A DNA stretch of 64,000 bases from an uncultured Limosilactobacillus sp. (lineage in GTDB: Bacteria; Bacillota; Bacilli; Lactobacillales; Lactobacillaceae), in the NCBI GenBank assembly GCA_944327195.1, contig CALVGV010000002.1, positions 14,337 to 78,336 of the forward strand, written 5' to 3'. Shown in pieces: positions 52,168-61,623 of the stretch. The notes under the pieces were generated by a model. It had not been told where the DNA came from, did not search any database, and saw only the letters and a program-made list of their open reading frames with translations. Position 1 is the stretch's first letter, and every line of letters begins with the position of its first letter. A program made the position numbers and the translations under genes.

Positions 52168-52872
52168 ATGAAATTTATTGTTAGCGACGAGATCTTCGCC
52201 AAGCTTCCCGAGATGATCGTTGGGGTGGTGGTGGCCCACGGGATCGATAACACCAAGGACTACCCGCAAATCACGGCAATGCTGGATCAGCAGGTGGCGG
52301 CCGCCCAGGCCCGCTTCAAGGACGCCAAGGTCAAGGAACGGCCGGAGATCATCCCCTACCGCGAGGCCTTCCGCACGCTGGGGATCAACCCCAACCGCTT
52401 CCCCTGCTCGGCCAAGGCCCTCTTCAAGCGGCTGGCCAAGGGGAAGGACCTACCCCACATCAACCCGCTGGTCGACCTCAACAACGCGATCTCGCTTCAG
52501 TACACCGTCCCGATGGGCACCCACACCCTAGATGGGGTAAGCGAAGACGTGATGATGCGCCCAGCGGTGGCCGGCGACCAGTTCGTCCCCCTCGGCAAAA
52601 CAGCGGTGGAGGAACCGGAGGCCGGCGAGGTCGTCTACGCCGTCGGCCACCAGGTCCGCACCCGCCGTTGGACCTGGCGGCAAAGCGAGTACGGCAAGAT
52701 CGGCCCGCAGACCCACTCGGTCTTCTTCCCGCTCGACGGCTTTGCCTCCACCAACCGGAACGCAGTGCTCCAGGCCCGGGCCGCCCTAGCCAGCCGGCTG
52801 GAGGAAATCTTCGGCGTGACCGTCCAGACCGGGCTAGTCGACCAGGCGCACCCGGCCTTCAAGTGGGAATAG
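52168..52872 (+). CDS. B3/B4 tRNA-binding domain-containing protein (PheT-B3/4-like)
   Basis: 234 aa. The family call is from memory of the B3_4 pattern (PYREAFR..G.NP.RF.CS..AL.KR...G..LP.IN.LVDL.N). AAAGGAGG RBS. Confidence 0.6.
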   Translation: MKFIVSDEIFAKLPEMIVGVVVAHGIDNTKDYPQITAMLDQQVAAAQARFKDAKVKERPEIIPYREAFRTLGINPNRFPCSAKALFKRLAKGKDLPHINPLVDLNNAISLQYTVPMGTHTLDGVSEDVMMRPAVAGDQFVPLGKTAVEEPEAGEVVYAVGHQVRTRRWTWRQSEYGKIGPQTHSVFFPLDGFASTNRNAVLQARAALASRLEEIFGVTVQTGLVDQAHPAFKWE

Positions 52873-52967
52873 TCGGCGTCTGGTAAACGGTACCATTTGA
52901 AGGAAGTGTTCCTGTCCCCCACCCCCGGTTTCCCCCTATAATAAGGGTGATTGGGGGGGGAGAAATC

Positions 52968-53870
52968 ATGCTGTACCAACAAATCGCGCGAAACAAGCGC
53001 AACACCTGGATTGTCCTTATCCTATTTGCCCTTCTCGTGGTGGCGGTGACCGTCTTTCTTTGGCGAACGGTCTCGGCCTACCTCGGGGGCGCCTTCCTGC
53101 TCTTCGGCCTACTCTACTTTCTCTACCATTACTACCAGTGCACCCGCCAGCTGATGCAGGTCACCAACGCCCACCGCTTGACCAAAGAAGAGGCGCCGGC
53201 CCTGTTTGAGATCGTCGAGGAACTCTGTCTGGCTGGTGGGCTGCCGATGCCCAAGCTCTACCTGGACCCGGACCCGCTGCCGAACGCCTACGCCACCGGC
53301 CGCGACCCGGAACACGCCAGCCTGGCCCTCACCCAGGGGCTAGTTGACATCATGAACCGGCAGGAGATCGCCGGGGTGGTCGGCCACGAGCTCTCCCACA
53401 TCCGCAACCACGACTCGCAGGTGACGGTGATCGTGGGGATCATCCTCCAGTTCATCGTCGGCTTCGCCATCAGCGGGACCCTCTTTTGCTGGGGAATCGT
53501 GATCAGCGACCTCCGCGGGGTGATCGGTCTGGTGATCCGCCTCTTCGCCCTGGTCGGCGGGCTGATCTTCCTCGGTCTGCTGGTGGTGGCAATCCCGCTG
53601 GGGAAGATCATGTATTTCGCCCTCTCCCGCCAGCGCGAGTACCTGGCCGACGCCGGCTCGGTGGAGCTGACCCGCGAACCGAGCGGCCTGATTTCGGCCC
53701 TGGAAAAGCTGAAGGACCCGCAACTGCAAATGGAACCAGCCAAGAACATGGCCTTAAACGGCCTCTACTTGAACGGCCCCAAGCCCCACTACCTCTGGGA
53801 CCGGCTCTTCAGTGACCACCCCGCCCTGGACAAGCGGATCGCCCGGCTGAAGAACTCCGCCGCCAGTTAA
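52968..53870 (+). CDS. htpX: Zinc metalloprotease HtpX (M48)
   Basis: HELSHIRNHD (HEXXH motif), four TM helices, and C-terminal DHPALDKRI. ATG 52968 follows GGGGGGGAG. Confidence 0.85.
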   Translation: MLYQQIARNKRNTWIVLILFALLVVAVTVFLWRTVSAYLGGAFLLFGLLYFLYHYYQCTRQLMQVTNAHRLTKEEAPALFEIVEELCLAGGLPMPKLYLDPDPLPNAYATGRDPEHASLALTQGLVDIMNRQEIAGVVGHELSHIRNHDSQVTVIVGIILQFIVGFAISGTLFCWGIVISDLRGVIGLVIRLFALVGGLIFLGLLVVAIPLGKIMYFALSRQREYLADAGSVELTREPSGLISALEKLKDPQLQMEPAKNMALNGLYLNGPKPHYLWDRLFSDHPALDKRIARLKNSAAS

Positions 53871-53963
53871 TTTTGTCAACTTTGACCGCTGCCCGCCCGG
53901 GGCGGCGGTTTTTTTGCAGCAAAAAAGCCGCCCCACCGGGAGCGACTTTTGAATTGATAATGT

Positions 53964-55373
53964 TTAGTTCAGCACCAGTTCCGCCTTGCTGGTGGCCTGG
54001 CTGGCCCGGGTGGAGAAGCCGGCGATGATGCAGGAAATCGTGACCAGGGTCGGGAAGACGGCGAAGGGGATGAAGGCCAGGTTGTCGACCTGGAGGGTGG
54101 AGGCGATGAAGACGCCGGAAACGCTCCAAGGGACAATCGCGTTGACCGCCGCCCCGGCGTCGTTGAGGATCCGGGTCAGGCACTGGCGCGGCAGGTTGTG
54201 GTGGTCAAAGGATTCCTTGAAGGATTCCCCCGGCAGGATGATTGCCAGGTAGTGCTCGCCGACCAGCAGGTTGACGCCGATCGCCGTCAGGGCGGTGGCA
54301 ACAGTCAGCCCGCCGGCCCCCTTGACCTTCTCTTCCACCTTTTCGATGATCGTGCGGACGATCTTGAACTCGATCAAGAGCCCGCCAAGGGTGAGGGCGA
54401 AGATGATCAGCGCCTCCGAGGTCAGCATGCTGGAGATCCCCCCCTTGGAGAGGAGGGCGTTGATCGTCTTGTTGGCGGTGTGGGCAACGTAGCCGTTCAT
54501 GATCAGGTCGCTGACCTGGTTGATCGTGGTCGCCGGCTTGTGAAGCCAGCCGATCGCGATCGCCAGCATCGCCCCCAGCCCCAGCGACGGCACCGCCGGG
54601 ACCTTGAAGAAGGCCAGCCCGATCAAAAGGGCCACCGGCAGGAGGGTGACCGGCGAGATCCAGAAGCCGCTCTGCAGGCCGCTCATCATGTGGTGGATTG
54701 AGGCCAGACTAGCGGCGTGGGCGTTCATCCCCATCAGGGTGAAGAAGACCAGCGACAGCCCCCAGGCCGGCAGGTCGGTCCACAGAAGGGCCTTGATGTG
54801 CTTGTAGATGTCAATCTGGCCGGTTGAGGCCGCCAGGTTGGTGGTCGAGGAAAGCGGCGAGATGTTGGCCCCGCAGAAGGCGCCGGAAACGATCGCCCCG
54901 GCGGTCAGGCCCGGGTTGAAGTGCAGGGTCGCCCCAATCCCGATGAAGGCGATCCCCATCGTCGACACGCTGGTGAAGGAGCTCCCGCAAGCGATCGCCA
55001 CCAGGGTGCAGACCAGAAAGACGGTCGGCAGGAAGAACTTAACCGAGATGATCTGGAAGCCGAAGTACATGATCGTCGGGATCGTCCCTGAGAAAATCCA
55101 GGTGGCGATCAGCACCCCGATTGTCAAGAAGATCACCAGCGGGTCGACCCCGGCCCGCAGGCCAGTCCGCATCCCCTTGGTAATCGTCTGCCAGGAGAAA
55201 CCACGGAGGCGACCGTAGATCATCAGCAAGACGAAGGCGATCAGCAATGGGGCCTGGGGTTCCTGCTGCTTGATGATGATCAAGAAGCCGAGCAGGCCCA
55301 GGATGGCTAAGAGAACAACGATGCTTTCGGCCAGGCTAAGGACGGGTTCCGGCCGCGAATTTTTCTTCTTCAT
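53964..55373 (-). CDS. NhaC-family antiporter/transporter under T-box control
   Basis: 469 aa, about 11-12 TM helices, with a typical NhaC N-terminus. It is preceded by a T-box leader, so an amino-acid-related substrate is likely. Confidence 0.8.
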   Translation of the reverse strand: MKKKNSRPEPVLSLAESIVVLLAILGLLGFLIIIKQQEPQAPLLIAFVLLMIYGRLRGFSWQTITKGMRTGLRAGVDPLVIFLTIGVLIATWIFSGTIPTIMYFGFQIISVKFFLPTVFLVCTLVAIACGSSFTSVSTMGIAFIGIGATLHFNPGLTAGAIVSGAFCGANISPLSSTTNLAASTGQIDIYKHIKALLWTDLPAWGLSLVFFTLMGMNAHAASLASIHHMMSGLQSGFWISPVTLLPVALLIGLAFFKVPAVPSLGLGAMLAIAIGWLHKPATTINQVSDLIMNGYVAHTANKTINALLSKGGISSMLTSEALIIFALTLGGLLIEFKIVRTIIEKVEEKVKGAGGLTVATALTAIGVNLLVGEHYLAIILPGESFKESFDHHNLPRQCLTRILNDAGAAVNAIVPWSVSGVFIASTLQVDNLAFIPFAVFPTLVTISCIIAGFSTRASQATSKAELVLN

Positions 55374-55501
55374 TTAATAAACTCCTCATTGGTTGGCAAA
55401 TCGACGACAACGAGCGGCGATAATAATATCGGTTTGCAGGGGTTGAACTGAAGTGACGAGACATTATGATCGGCTCCTTTCTTGTTTGCCTTCGAGGATT
55501 T

Positions 55502-55740
55502 AAAAAAAGCCCCCGCCAAATTTGACTTTGACGAGGGACGAAGCGATTCCGTGGTACCACCCAACTTCGTGCATTTTACTGCACCTTTTGGCCGAAGATT
55601 GGCCACCGTGATTCATTTTGGAAGGGAGTGTAATTCGCAAGCACGTTGTGGGTTAGCTTTCAGCACCGCTAACTCTCTGGGCCAGGAAACGGTTCGCTAC
55701 TGGGGGTCCCAAGAATCATTAGAAAGATTTAATTTAACTT
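55502..55740 (-). promoter_or_regulatory. T-box riboswitch leader (specifier not securely assigned)
   Basis: Read on the minus strand: AGUA, AG-bay AGAGAG, distal loop GGUGCUGAAA, T-box GGGUGGUACCACG (55561-55550), and terminator CCCUCG...CGGGGG plus U8. Promoter TTGACC-17-TTTAAT lies at 55775-55747. Confidence 0.8.
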
Positions 55741-55846
55741 GGCATTATTAAACCATGATCGGGGAGGGTGGTCAAGGTTTTTGATGAGATAATTTTAATT
55801 TTTGTTCTAACCAACGGCCTGGTATGATGGGAGCAAAGCAGAAGGG

Positions 55847-56680
55847 ATGGCGATGATAATGGAAGAATTACAAGTGGTGGCCGGCGTAATTATTAAGAAC
55901 GGCCGCTTTCTGGCCGGCAAGCGGGCGGCCGGCCGGCTGGGGGCGGCCAAGTGGGAGCTGCCCGGCGGCAAGCTCCACCCCGGCGAGGACCCGCGGGACG
56001 GCCTGGCCCGGGAACTGGCCGAGGAACTGGGCTGCCCGGCCACGGTCGGCGAGCGGGTCCTGCCGACGATCACCGTCCCCGGGGCCAGCGGGACGGTCCA
56101 CCTCCAGGTCTTCTACGCCAAGCTCGCCGGCGAACCGCACTCGACCGGCGCCCAGGCGGACCTGCGCTGGGGCACCCCGGCCGAGCTGGCAGGGCTCGAC
56201 TGGCTGCCGGCCACCAAGCCGGTGCTCGAAAAGCTGGCCGCGGTTGACCTGGCCAAGCTGGTGGTCGCCGATCCGGCCCAGCTCTGGACCCACCAGGTGG
56301 CCTACTACGAAACCGACCGGATGGGGATCACCCACCATTCCAACTACATCCGCTGGATGGAGGAGGCGCGGACCCATTTCTTGGCGACGATCGGCTGGGA
56401 CTACCGCCGCTTCGAGGAGGCGGGCCTGATCTCGCCGGTGGTCAGCGTCAACTGCCGCTACAAGCAGCCGACCACCTTCGGCGACCAGGTCGACATCTTC
56501 ACTAGCGTCAAGCAGGTCGACAAAATCAAGCTCACCCTGGAGTACACCTTCACCAAGGAGGGGGAAGTGGTCGGCAGCGGCGAGTCCAGCCACTGCTTCA
56601 CCAAGGACGGCCGCCTGGTCCGGCTCGACCGCGACCTGGCCGACTTCAAGGCAAGCCTGGAAAAGTTTCTTGCGGACTAA
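55847..56680 (+). CDS. Fusion protein: MutT-type NUDIX hydrolase domain plus YbgC/4HBT-type acyl-CoA thioesterase domain
   Basis: Nudix box GGKLHPGEDPRDGLARELAEELG in the N-terminal half. The hotdog thioesterase pattern YYETDRMGITHHSNYIRWMEEAR lies in the C-terminal half. ATG 55853 and 55859 are alternative starts, and an extended -10 TGGTATGAT lies upstream. Confidence 0.75.
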   Translation: MAMIMEELQVVAGVIIKNGRFLAGKRAAGRLGAAKWELPGGKLHPGEDPRDGLARELAEELGCPATVGERVLPTITVPGASGTVHLQVFYAKLAGEPHSTGAQADLRWGTPAELAGLDWLPATKPVLEKLAAVDLAKLVVADPAQLWTHQVAYYETDRMGITHHSNYIRWMEEARTHFLATIGWDYRRFEEAGLISPVVSVNCRYKQPTTFGDQVDIFTSVKQVDKIKLTLEYTFTKEGEVVGSGESSHCFTKDGRLVRLDRDLADFKASLEKFLAD

Positions 56681-56732
56681 ATAAAAGTGGCCGGCAGCAT
56701 TGCCGACCACTTTTTGCGTTGGGGAAAATTTG

Positions 56733-57869
56733 CTAGGCAAAGAAGCCCGTTACTAGTTGCTTGTAGGCCTCGATCGTCGCCAGGTAGGAGGAAACCGTCG
56801 TCCACTCGTCGACCTGGTGGGAGTTTTCCCAGGCGGCGGGGCCAAGGACGACCACCGGCAGGTCCGGCTGGGCCTTGACGAAGACGCTGGCGTCGGTGGC
56901 GCCGTTGATCGTCGTCAGTTGCGGTTCGGTGCCAAAGGCGGTCCGGGCCGCTTTTAGGGCGAGCTGGGCCAGCGGGCCCTCCGGAGCGGCGGTTACCGGG
57001 TAGAAGTCGTGGATCACTTCCAACTCCAGCCGCGCCCCCGGGTGGGCGGCGGCCACCTGGTCAACCAGGTCCTGCAGGCGGCCGATCACCGCCTGGTTGG
57101 AGAAGGAGGGCGTTGGCCGGACGTTGCCAGCCAGCTTGGCTGTTGCCGGCAGCGAGTTGACCTGGTCGCCCCCGGTCAGGACGGTGACGCTGTGTTGAAC
57201 GGCGCCGAGGGCCGGGTCGTGGGCGGCGTCTGCAAAGAGGGTTGCCTCTCTGGTGAAGAAGTCAACCAGCGGGGTCAGGGCGTTGACCCCGTCTTGGGGA
57301 CGGGAGGAGTGGGCGGCCTTGCCATGGCTGGTGACCTGGTAGTTGATGCTGCCGGCGTGGGCGTAAACGACCTTGCCGCCGGTGGCCTCGCCGACGACCA
57401 ACCCCGCCAGGTCACGGGCGTAGCCGGCCTCGACCAGCCGGTTGGCGCCGGGGGTGCCGTACTCCTCGCCGGCGGTGGCCAAAAGGCGGACCCGGCCCGG
57501 GAGCGCCCCGGCCTCGTGGAGCTCGATCAGGGCAAGGGCCATGGCGGCCAGGCCGCCCTTGGCGTCGGCGGCCCCGCGGCCGTAGATCCGGTCGCCGATC
57601 CGGGTGGCGGCGAAGGGCGGGTGGTGCCAGGCGGCCGGATCGCCAACGGCGACGGTGTCCATGTGGCTGGTCAGGCCCAACACGCGGTCGCCGTGGCCGG
57701 CCTCGAGAATCAGGTTGGCCCGCTGGTTACCAAAGGGGGCAACGGTGGCCGCCAGGCCGTGGCGGGCAAAGAGGGAGTGGAGGTAGTTGGCCACGGCGAG
57801 TTCGTTGCCGTTGACCGAGTGAATTTGGATTAGGTCGGAAAGCACCTGTTCTTTTTCGCGTGCGTCCAT
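56733..57869 (-). CDS. M20-family metallopeptidase (ArgE/DapE-type deacylase), paralog
   Basis: 378 aa with HMDTV and GRGAADAKGG. Collinear with 3813-4964. Confidence 0.8.
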   Translation of the reverse strand: MDAREKEQVLSDLIQIHSVNGNELAVANYLHSLFARHGLAATVAPFGNQRANLILEAGHGDRVLGLTSHMDTVAVGDPAAWHHPPFAATRIGDRIYGRGAADAKGGLAAMALALIELHEAGALPGRVRLLATAGEEYGTPGANRLVEAGYARDLAGLVVGEATGGKVVYAHAGSINYQVTSHGKAAHSSRPQDGVNALTPLVDFFTREATLFADAAHDPALGAVQHSVTVLTGGDQVNSLPATAKLAGNVRPTPSFSNQAVIGRLQDLVDQVAAAHPGARLELEVIHDFYPVTAAPEGPLAQLALKAARTAFGTEPQLTTINGATDASVFVKAQPDLPVVVLGPAAWENSHQVDEWTTVSSYLATIEAYKQLVTGFFA

Positions 57870-58002
57870 GTGGATCCTCCTTTCAGGTAGGGATGAGAAT
57901 TAAAGCAACGTGCCGTTAAGCTTGGATTCAGAGAATGGTTTAGATAACCTTGGTAGTTAATACCAAAAAGCTTCAATGTTACCTGTAGCAATTATTAGGA
58001 AA

Positions 58003-58165
58003 GCTCCGCGCTGCTGACCCGGAGTGAATGGGCAGGCCAAGATGGCGAAATTTCACTTGGCGGGTTTTCGCCTAATTGAAAGGCCGAGTTTAGAGACCCG
58101 GAAAGGAGTTTAGAATATGTCCAAACCGTTTTCCAATCTCCTGGAAGCCACGGGGCGCAGACTCC
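58003..58165 (-). repeat. Structured palindromic repeat, copy D (degenerate/chimeric)
   Basis: The 5' half matches subtype 1 (GGCCAAGATGGCGAAATTTCACTTGGCGGG). The 3' half matches subtype 2 (CCAAACCGTTTTCCAATCTCCTGGAAGCC). Several helices are broken. Confidence 0.6.
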
Positions 58166-58201
58166 CCCACTTTGGCTACCGTAACCATGTTTAGTTGCCG
58201 G

Positions 58202-58351
58202 GGCCGGAGCGGAGCAGACCCGGGAGCTCAGGGGTGAAATTTCACTTGGCGGGTTTCCCGCCTAGTGAAAGGCCAAGCTTTGAGACCCGCTAGGGGCTCA
58301 AAGTTGTGCCCACCCCGTTCCAGTCTCCCGGAAGCTGCGGAGCGGAGGCCC
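58202..58351 (-). repeat. Structured palindromic repeat, copy E (subtype 2)
   Basis: Collinear with copy B. Apical hairpin TCACTTGGCGGG-TTT-CCCGCCTAGTGA and side hairpin CTTTGAG/CTCAAAG. It ends 4 nt from the metI stop. Confidence 0.8.
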
Positions 58352-58355
58352 TACC

Positions 58356-59057
58356 CTACCGCACCTGGTGATTCAACCGCTTCGTCAGCCAGTCCCCCAC
58401 CAGTTGCACGATCAGCACCAGAATCAGGACCAGGAGAGTGGCCACCACGGTCACGTCGTTGTTGAAGCGGTTGTAGCCGTAGGCAATCGCCGTGTTCCCC
58501 AGGCCGCCGGCGCCGATCGCTCCGGCCATTGCGGTCAGACCAATCAGGGAAATCAGGGTCACCGTCGAAACCCGCACCAGTTCGGCCCGCGCCTCGGAGA
58601 GGTAGACGTCGAAGATGATGTCGAGGTTGGTGGCCCCCAGCGCCTGGGCGGCCTCAATCTTGCCGCGGTCAACGCTTTCCAGCGCCACTTCGACCTGGCG
58701 AGCAAAGAAGGGGAAGACCCCGAGCGACAACGGCACCAGGGCAGCGGTCGTCCCGATCTGGGTGCCGACGATCAGCTGGGTGAAGGGGGCGATGAAGGCC
58801 AGCAGGATGATGAAGGGGATCGCCCGGAAGAAGGAGACCACCTTGTCGCAGATGTTGAACCAAACCCGGTTGGCCAGGATGCCACCCTCCTTGGTCAGCA
58901 CCAGGGCCAGGCCGAAGACCAGCCCCAGCAGGCCGCCGATCACCGCCGGCCAAAAGGTCATGTACAGGGTCTGGAAGATCGCCGTCCCCCAGCCACTGTC
59001 GCCGCTCCAGCCGAGACTGGCCACGTTGGGCAAGTACTTGCTAATTAGTTCGCTCAT
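58356..59057 (-). CDS. metI: Methionine ABC transporter permease
   Basis: 233-aa 5-TM BPD-type permease downstream of metN in a Met T-box operon. Confidence 0.85.
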   Translation of the reverse strand: MSELISKYLPNVASLGWSGDSGWGTAIFQTLYMTFWPAVIGGLLGLVFGLALVLTKEGGILANRVWFNICDKVVSFFRAIPFIILLAFIAPFTQLIVGTQIGTTAALVPLSLGVFPFFARQVEVALESVDRGKIEAAQALGATNLDIIFDVYLSEARAELVRVSTVTLISLIGLTAMAGAIGAGGLGNTAIAYGYNRFNNDVTVVATLLVLILVLIVQLVGDWLTKRLNHQVR

Positions 59058-60097
59058 GCTAAGATCCCCCCATCAACTTTGGTAACTTCAACTTGGTAAC
59101 TGGCCAGGAGCTTTTCGACCCGGGCCTGCTGGTCGGCCGACCCGGTGACCAGGATGAACATCGTGCCGACCGGCTCGTCGCCGAGGACCTCGATGTTACC
59201 GTAGAGCATCGACACGTCAACGCCGACCTGCTTGTAGAGCTCGAGGATGATCGACTTGGTGACCGTCTGGGCACTGAAAACCACCTGGTAGAGCTGCTCA
59301 TTTTCGCCCAGCTGGCCGAGGTGGAAGGCCTTGAGGGTGTCGGCCGCCGCCAGCGAGCCACCGACGAACTGGCGGGTCAGCTCGGCTTGCGGCCGCAGGT
59401 AGACCTCCTTGAGGTCGCCCTGTTCGACCACGTGGCCGTGCTCCATCACGGCGATCTTGTTGGCCACCTTCTTGACGGCGTCCATCTCGTGGGTGATCAG
59501 GATGATCGTCAACCCCAGCTCCTTGTTGAGCCGCTTTAGGAGGTCGAGGATCTGGTTGGTGTTTTGCGGATCGAGGGCGCTGGTAGCTTCGTCGGAGATC
59601 AGGATCTCCGGGTCGTTGGCCAAGGCCCGGGCGATTGCCACCCGCTGTTGTTCCCCCCCGGAGAGCTGGATCGGGTAGTTGTCGGCCTTGTCCGCCAGCC
59701 CCACCAGGTCAAGCAGGCGGGTGCACTTTGCTTCGATTGCGTCGTCGTCGAGCTTGCTGTGCTTGAGGGCGAAGGCCACGTTTTCGATCACCGTCACCTC
59801 GTTGAGGAGGTTGAAGTGCTGGAAGATCATCCCGATCGTCCGCCGCTTCTCTTGGAGGGCGGCGCCGGCCAGTTGCGGTTGGCCGTCCTTGAAGAGCGGG
59901 GTGCCGGCAACGGTCACCGTTCCGCTGGTCGGCTGCTGGAGGAGGTTGATCGTCCGCACCAAAGTCGACTTACCGGCGCCGGAGTAGCCGACGATCCCGT
60001 AGACGTCGCCCTTTTCCACCTTAATCAAAACGTCGGAGACGGCGGTCAGGTCGCCAAAGGAGACGGTGACGTGGTCGAGGTCAATAATGCTTGGCAT
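59054..60097 (-). CDS. metN: Methionine ABC transporter ATP-binding protein
   Basis: Walker [10 protein letters not shown], signature LSGGEQQRV, and a C-terminal NIL/ACT-like domain. Confidence 0.9.
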   Translation of the reverse strand: MPSIIDLDHVTVSFGDLTAVSDVLIKVEKGDVYGIVGYSGAGKSTLVRTINLLQQPTSGTVTVAGTPLFKDGQPQLAGAALQEKRRTIGMIFQHFNLLNEVTVIENVAFALKHSKLDDDAIEAKCTRLLDLVGLADKADNYPIQLSGGEQQRVAIARALANDPEILISDEATSALDPQNTNQILDLLKRLNKELGLTIILITHEMDAVKKVANKIAVMEHGHVVEQGDLKEVYLRPQAELTRQFVGGSLAAADTLKAFHLGQLGENEQLYQVVFSAQTVTKSIILELYKQVGVDVSMLYGNIEVLGDEPVGTMFILVTGSADQQARVEKLLASYQVEVTKVDGGILA

Positions 60098-60109
60098 ATC
60101 AATTCCTCC

Positions 60110-60961
60110 TTACTTTAGTTTGAGGTCCCAGGCGGCCAGTTCCTTGTCGCCGTAGTACTTCTTGATCAGCTGCTTGACTTCAGTCGTTTGGAAGGACTTC
60201 ACGACGTCCTTGTAGGCCTGCTTGTTCTTGTCCTTCTTGTTGGCAACGATGATGTTGATCCACTGCTTGGAGTCCTGGTTAACCGGTTCGGTGTAGAGAA
60301 TCTCGCTGTCCTTGAGCTTGGCGGCGGTGGCGTAGTTGGTGTTGACCACCGCGGCGGCGACGTCGTCAAGCGAGCGGGCGGTTTGTTCGGCCGAGAGCTC
60401 CTTGATCTTTAAGTTGTGCGGGTTGGACTTGATGTCGGCGATCGTGGCCAGCGAGCCGGCGGACTTCTTGAGGGTGATCAGGCCGGCGTTCTTTAGCAGG
60501 AAGAGGGCCCGGCTTTCGTTGGAGGCATCGTTTGGCACCGCGATCGTGGCCCCGTCCGGGATGTCCTTTAGGCTGGAGTACTTGCTGGAGTAAAGGTGGA
60601 TCGGGGTGATGTAGGTCTTGCCGATCGCCACCAGGCTGCCCTTGTTGGCCTTGTTCCAGGATTTCAGGAAGGCATAGTGCTGGAAGGCGTTGAGGTCAAC
60701 CGAGCCGTTGGCCAACGCCTTGTTGGGCTGGGTGTAGTCGGTGAAGGTCTTGTACTTGATGGTGATGCCGTACTTCTTCTTGGCCGTCTTCTTGACCTGG
60801 TCCCAGATCTTCTGATCGGTGCTGGTTGGGGTCATGATCCCGACGGTCACCGTTTGGCTGCTTTGCTGTTGGCTGCGGCCGAAGCTGAAGTAGCCGGCGA
60901 TGATGATGACGAGGGCCACCAGCCCCCAGATGATTAACCGTTTTTGCCGCTTCTTTTTCAT
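60110..60961 (-). CDS. metQ: MetQ/NlpA-family methionine-binding protein
   Basis: N-terminal TM/signal anchor plus an NlpA-type domain. ATG 60961 lies 9 nt after AAGGGAG, and the track start at 60991 lies within the leader. Confidence 0.85.
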   Translation of the reverse strand: MKKKRQKRLIIWGLVALVIIIAGYFSFGRSQQQSSQTVTVGIMTPTSTDQKIWDQVKKTAKKKYGITIKYKTFTDYTQPNKALANGSVDLNAFQHYAFLKSWNKANKGSLVAIGKTYITPIHLYSSKYSSLKDIPDGATIAVPNDASNESRALFLLKNAGLITLKKSAGSLATIADIKSNPHNLKIKELSAEQTARSLDDVAAAVVNTNYATAAKLKDSEILYTEPVNQDSKQWINIIVANKKDKNKQAYKDVVKSFQTTEVKQLIKKYYGDKELAAWDLKLK

Positions 60962-61011
60962 GTTGAACAACTCCCTTTCTCTTGAAAACACTGGTTGGCG
61001 GGGCGGAAAAC

Positions 61012-61285
61012 AAAAAATCGCCCCTTAGCAATGATTGCTAAAGGACGATTAATCGTGGTACCACCTTTGTTCGCCGCCTTCTCGCAAAGGCGGCCTCGCC
61101 GAGTTACGGTTACCCATAACCCTGCATTGGTAACGGGTGCAAGCCCGTCGCCGGCTAAGGATCGCCGACGCCATTCCAAGCCCATCTTCACCGGCTTGAG
61201 TTGATCCCTTTTCACCAGCCAGGGACTCTCTTGGCAACCGCCACCAGTTACTCTGCTTTTCCAAATGTTTTCGTTCCTCATTTCG
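61012..61285 (-). promoter_or_regulatory. T-box riboswitch leader, probable Met (AUG) specifier
   Basis: Read on the minus strand: AGAGUA, AG-bay AGAGAG (61231-61226), distal loop GGUGAAAA, GGA-AUG-G at 61174-61172, T-box AAAGGUGGUACCACG (61065-61054), and terminator CCUUUAGCA-N5-UGCUAAGGGG followed by a U-run. Promoter TTGACG-18-TACTAT lies at 61323-61294. Confidence 0.8.
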
Positions 61286-61623
61286 TTGTCAGAATAGTAT
61301 CATCATTCTCTCATTTTCGTCAAGCCTTTTGGCAATCTTTTTGGCAAAAAATGGGGTAAATCGCTTTAAGGACGGGGTTTCGCGGTGGCGGAAGCGACTC
61401 ATTTTTGCTTCATTTGGACGCCAAGGACCGCCGCTTTTGCCGGCAGAAGTGGGGGGATTCCTTGCCGCCCCTGGCCGACTAGCGTAAAATTAAAGGGATA
61501 ACCCGGGCGGGAAAATGAGTGATCCGCCGCAAAAATGAGCGTCATTTCCGGTTAGGCCGGCGATGCGTAAGCCTAGGGGGCCACCTGACTTTGGTCCCCC
61601 AACTTCATTCGAGGAGGAAGAGA

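Noticed and set aside
58117-58194. 25-codon ORF (MSKPFSNLLEATGRRLPHFGYRNHV) with AAAGGAG 8 nt upstream, inside repeat copy D
   Set aside because: The SD-like and ATG sequences arise from the decayed side hairpin of the repeat, and the other four copies have no equivalent ORF. It is probably fortuitous, though ribosome profiling could revisit this.
61330-61620. ~290-nt non-coding gap before the DUF2628-like gene, with repeated AAAATGAG segments
   Set aside because: I could find no convincing promoter/terminator pair, riboswitch core or ORF. It is possibly a decayed gene remnant. The evidence is insufficient for a feature call.
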